IMG/VR virus record: IMGVR_UViG_3300043568_000735
Coordinates: 1-29,864 of that record
Source of the DNA: a virus
Taxonomy: Duplodnaviria > Caudoviricetes
Strand: one strand, 5' to 3'
DNA length: 29,864 nucleotides
A program made the position numbers and the translations under genes. Positions 27,047-29,864 of this stretch are shown here, in pieces (position 1 is the first letter of the stretch; the number at the start of each line of letters is the position of its first letter). Below the pieces are notes generated by a model. It saw only the letters and a list, made by a program, of their open reading frames with translations, did not search any database and had not been told where the DNA came from.

Positions 27047-27960
27047 TAGAATACGTTATAAACGTTAAGTTTGTGTAATTCATTATCGTTTTTGATAGAG
27101 AACTCTGGATCATTCTCAGGACGGATTGAATTAGTTGTGTAGATATTATCAAAAAGTTTGTTTAGTTCCTTTAGACCGCTTGAGAATATACCGTGAGTGA
27201 TTACTAATGTTATAGTATCATTAAAAATTTCTTTTGGTCTAACGGCATGAATTGCTTTTGCTAATTCAATAAAGGTTCGTCCACCATCGCAAATATCATC
27301 AACAATATAAAATTGTTTTGGTAAGCTTTCTTCTCTAGATAATCCAGGTACCTCAGTAGAAGTAATTTTGCCTGTAGCAATATCTCTATGTTTAGATGCA
27401 ACAACGATATCTTCAATTCCAAACTGTTCTGCAACATCATAGATCTTTTTCAATGCACCAGCGTCAGGAGAGACAAGAGTAATCTTTTTGCAAGCTTCTT
27501 TAAAAGTAATAGCTGGTTTTGTGTGGACGATTGCATGACTAACCAACATGTGGTTAGAAGTTTTCTTGTAGTTATTTAAACATGCCTCAAGAACATCGGA
27601 ATGAGGATCCAATACATGAACTTCAGCAAAATTCTGAGAGTTAATAATTGGACAGATTACCGTCTTAAGGTAATTAGAAGCTCCGTTTAAGAATTTTCTA
27701 TCAGATCTTGCACCTAAGAAATACGGAACATATAGACTAACAGATTTTGCACCCATTTCAAGTAATGCTTGGTTTGCGCAAATGATTAATTCCAAATCAC
27801 GAAATGAGTTTAATCTTGATTTGATTTGAACCGATTTGATTTTGTTGTTAAACGAATACCCACTTGGTTCAATCGTAATAGATTGTTGACCGTCAGGAAA
27901 GCTTGAGATTTTAAATCCAATTTCGGATTGTGTAGAATCTGCTAAATTAAGTATGTTCAT
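27046..27960 (-). CDS. prs: Ribose-phosphate pyrophosphokinase-like protein (candidate NARP1 Adps); start revised to ATG 27960
   Basis: FPDGQ, PYFLGARSDR, LDPHS, VSPDAGA, YIVDDICDGGRTF and THGIFS motifs. The ORF-track start at 27993 falls inside the promoter. Confidence 0.88.
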   Translation of the reverse strand: MNILNLADSTQSEIGFKISSFPDGQQSITIEPSGYSFNNKIKSVQIKSRLNSFRDLELIICANQALLEMGAKSVSLYVPYFLGARSDRKFLNGASNYLKTVICPIINSQNFAEVHVLDPHSDVLEACLNNYKKTSNHMLVSHAIVHTKPAITFKEACKKITLVSPDAGALKKIYDVAEQFGIEDIVVASKHRDIATGKITSTEVPGLSREESLPKQFYIVDDICDGGRTFIELAKAIHAVRPKEIFNDTITLVITHGIFSSGLKELNKLFDNIYTTNSIRPENDPEFSIKNDNELHKLNVYNVF

Positions 27961-27972
27961 ATTTGTTTTATT

Positions 27973-28036
27973 TAGATAGTTAAAATTAACCAATTGTTTT
28001 CACAGTAGCAAATTTTATTCTAAAAAGTTATTAACA
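27973..28036 (-). promoter_or_regulatory. Host-type promoter TTTG-N20-TAATTTTA with TGTTAATAACTT box; possible overlapping AAAC-N17-TATCTA
   Basis: -7-like box 27981-27988 (one mismatch), TTTG 28009-28012, 12-bp box 28025-28036. Confidence 0.62.
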
Positions 28037-28303
28037 TTATTTTGTTTCTTTTTCTGGTGCAGATTCTAGCATTTCAATTAAGGCATCTTTAAATTCAGTA
28101 ACACCGTCATTTGCGCCTTTCTTGTACCCTCTATTATAAGCATTCACATTAGTAATAGTAACACCAATGATTAGCATAAACATTCCAACTGCGTGCCACG
28201 GTCTTTCACACTTAAATGTAAACGGTGAAAACGTAATTGTTGTATCTGCTAACCAAAAGAAGCAAATAACAGTTAAGATTATTGTTAAGATCATATATTT
28301 CAT
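28037..28303 (-). CDS. Small 2-TM membrane protein
   Basis: 88 aa; MILTIILTVICFFWL and AVGMFMLIIGVTI hydrophobic segments. Confidence 0.7.
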   Translation of the reverse strand: MKYMILTIILTVICFFWLADTTITFSPFTFKCERPWHAVGMFMLIIGVTITNVNAYNRGYKKGANDGVTEFKDALIEMLESAPEKETK

Positions 28304-28305
28304 AA

Positions 28306-28560
28306 TTAGTTATTAAAGTTCCACTTATTCATTATTTCTTCAACTCGTGTATCAAGTTGTTTGCGTAAGATTGCCAATTCATTAACCATTGGCAATGGTC
28401 CTTGCCAAACTCTTTCTCTTTGTAAATCTCCTTCTTGGTCTATAAAGTAGATATACATTCTTGGTCCAATTTTTGCAATGTCAAATTTCTTTGGACTTAA
28501 TGCTGGATATTTCTCAGCAATAAATTTCTTAAGATCTTTCGCCGTGTTCATTATCTTCAA
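28306..28560 (-). CDS. Hypothetical protein (start may be ATG 28551)
   Basis: 84-aa ORF filling the gap in a tightly packed operon. Confidence 0.65.
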   Translation of the reverse strand: MKIMNTAKDLKKFIAEKYPALSPKKFDIAKIGPRMYIYFIDQEGDLQRERVWQGPLPMVNELAILRKQLDTRVEEIMNKWNFNN

Positions 28561-28858
28561 TTTTAATTACGTCTTCGCCATCTTTATATTTAGTACGAAC
28601 TTCAGCTAAAAAGAATTTACCTTGAGATTCTGCGGCGCAAAATTCTCTATAGGTTTCAGGCATGAACTTGCAGTATTTGTATTTCTTGTCATTATTAAAA
28701 GTAACTGTAAACTCATATCTTAAAGCATCATAAGTAGTTTCTTTTAATAAAGCTGATGTCCACTGTTTAGTTTCAGGCACATAATCACGAGCATAGTCTC
28801 TCATGATTTGGTCTAATGAAACATGTTCATTATCACTAATAGGTAAATGGTTTTCCAT
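28529..28858 (-). CDS. KTSC domain protein
   Basis: SALLKETTYD...TVTFNNDKKYKY...PETYREFCAAESQGKFF...VR matches the KTSC pattern. Confidence 0.8.
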   Translation of the reverse strand: MENHLPISDNEHVSLDQIMRDYARDYVPETKQWTSALLKETTYDALRYEFTVTFNNDKKYKYCKFMPETYREFCAAESQGKFFLAEVRTKYKDGEDVIKIEDNEHGERS

Positions 28859-28860
28859 GA

Positions 28861-29808
28861 TTAAGAATTTAAAATGATTTGAGTTTCAAATACTGCTGCA
28901 AGCATTGTAATGCAAGGGTCAATCACATGTACTCGTTGTGCTTGATAGTGAGCAATCTTAATTAAGATTTGCGGCACCTTGGCAAATTTGGTAGGGTGAT
29001 TATCTCGTATGTAATCTGGAAGCTCTTGACCTAATGCATGTAATACATCATCAACTTTACTGCTGTAATTTGTCATCAAGAATTTGTAATTCTCTTGAGA
29101 ATTTGGAGCACCAAGAACAAGATCAAATACATCACGATATGAATAGTTCAATTTACGAACATCTTCAGGTTGGATTTCTTTTACACCTTGAACATGAAAA
29201 GTTTGAATTTTATTTACAATAGAACGCATGTCAGGAAAATTCCTTTTTACAAATTCTATTACTGCTTCTTTACTAATAGTAATTCCGCAAGCTGTAAAGA
29301 TTTGGTATGATCTTTTAATAAACTCAACCATTACTTCTTTTTCTTCTTCTTTACTTAAAAAGTCAAAAGGAATACAAGTAAACCTAGATTGAACTGGGTC
29401 TGGTACTTTATTAATGTAGTTACAAGTACCAATGAATCTTGCGTTATTTGCAAATTTTTCGATGGTTGCTCTCAATGCTTTGTAGAATTGATCACTTGCA
29501 CCGTCCATCTCATCAAGAATAACCACTTTAAATTTCTCAGCACCATCAAGAAGACTAATGGTAGAACACCATGTAGAGATCTTATCACGGATTACATCAA
29601 CTGAACTTTCATCAGATACGTTAATGTAAAGTGTTGGATAGTTTTTTGCTAATACTTTTGCTAAAGAGGTTTTCCCTAATCCGGCTGAACCATAGAACAA
29701 GTAGTTCTGATGTAATTCACCGTCGCCTAATGATTGTCTGATTCTTTTAGGTAGAATCATTTGGTCCAAATTCTGTGGACGATATTTTTCTGTAAATAGT
29801 TTGCTCAT
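28861..29808 (-). CDS. gp44: Sliding-clamp loader ATPase subunit (gp44/RFC-like)
   Basis: EKYRPQ, Walker A GSAGLGKTS, Walker B VVILDEMD, SRF(C)-like motif VQSRFT and FPDMR. Confidence 0.94.
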   Translation of the reverse strand: MSKLFTEKYRPQNLDQMILPKRIRQSLGDGELHQNYLFYGSAGLGKTSLAKVLAKNYPTLYINVSDESSVDVIRDKISTWCSTISLLDGAEKFKVVILDEMDGASDQFYKALRATIEKFANNARFIGTCNYINKVPDPVQSRFTCIPFDFLSKEEEKEVMVEFIKRSYQIFTACGITISKEAVIEFVKRNFPDMRSIVNKIQTFHVQGVKEIQPEDVRKLNYSYRDVFDLVLGAPNSQENYKFLMTNYSSKVDDVLHALGQELPDYIRDNHPTKFAKVPQILIKIAHYQAQRVHVIDPCITMLAAVFETQIILNS

Positions 29809-29814
29809 GTAATT

Positions 29815-29841
29815 TATATACTTAATGGTATACCTTAGTTC
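29815..29841 (-). promoter_or_regulatory. Putative phage-sigma promoter GAAC-N17-TATATA
   Basis: Minus strand AAGAAC-TAAGGTATACCATTAAG-TATATAAA; only 6 nt from the ATG. Confidence 0.55.
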
Positions 29842-29864
29842 TTAATTTATGTTATAAATGTGCT

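Noticed and set aside
2655-29604. Other short plus-strand ORFs and nested minus-strand ORFs (16801, 19464, 20752, 23238)
   Set aside because: All overlap well-supported genes, lack motifs and break the uniform minus-strand organisation.
1-29864. Stop-codon reassignment as in some Bacteroidota jumbo and crAss-like phages
   Set aside because: Conserved genes are full-length in code 11 with dense packing; TAG (8991, 21887) and TGA (9244) appear to act as stops.
1-29864. tRNA, rRNA or structured ncRNA genes
   Set aside because: Intergenic gaps are short and explained by promoters and terminators; no cloverleaf or T-loop signature was noticed by eye.

Overview
AT-rich segment of a large, T4-related contractile-tailed (likely jumbo) phage. 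Every credible gene lies on the minus strand in the standard code. Reading in the direction of transcription (right to left): clamp-loader ATPase, KTSC protein and two small ORFs; an NAD+/ADP-ribose island (Prs-like, macrodomain, NADAR, NAMPT-like, SPFH/flotillin, nucleoside deoxyribosyltransferase-like); RNase H/5'-3' exonuclease and a probable small clamp-loader subunit; a morphogenesis block (gp14-like neck, small and large terminase, a 1561-aa tail sheath, tail tube, hub/chaperone pair, tape measure); then guanylate kinase, an ECF-type sigma factor and membrane/hypothetical genes. Bacteroidota-type promoters (TTTG-N20-TAnnTTTG) suggest a Bacteroidota host. Main points of interest: (1) a NARP1-like NAD+ reconstitution pair interleaved with two ADP-ribose hydrolase families and followed by a flotillin and an NDT-like gene; (2) a three-tier promoter system readable from the sequence, including a 12-bp box exactly 36 nt upstream of three host-type -7 elements; (3) two candidate recoding sites. 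All functional calls come from motif recognition by eye; no database search was run.
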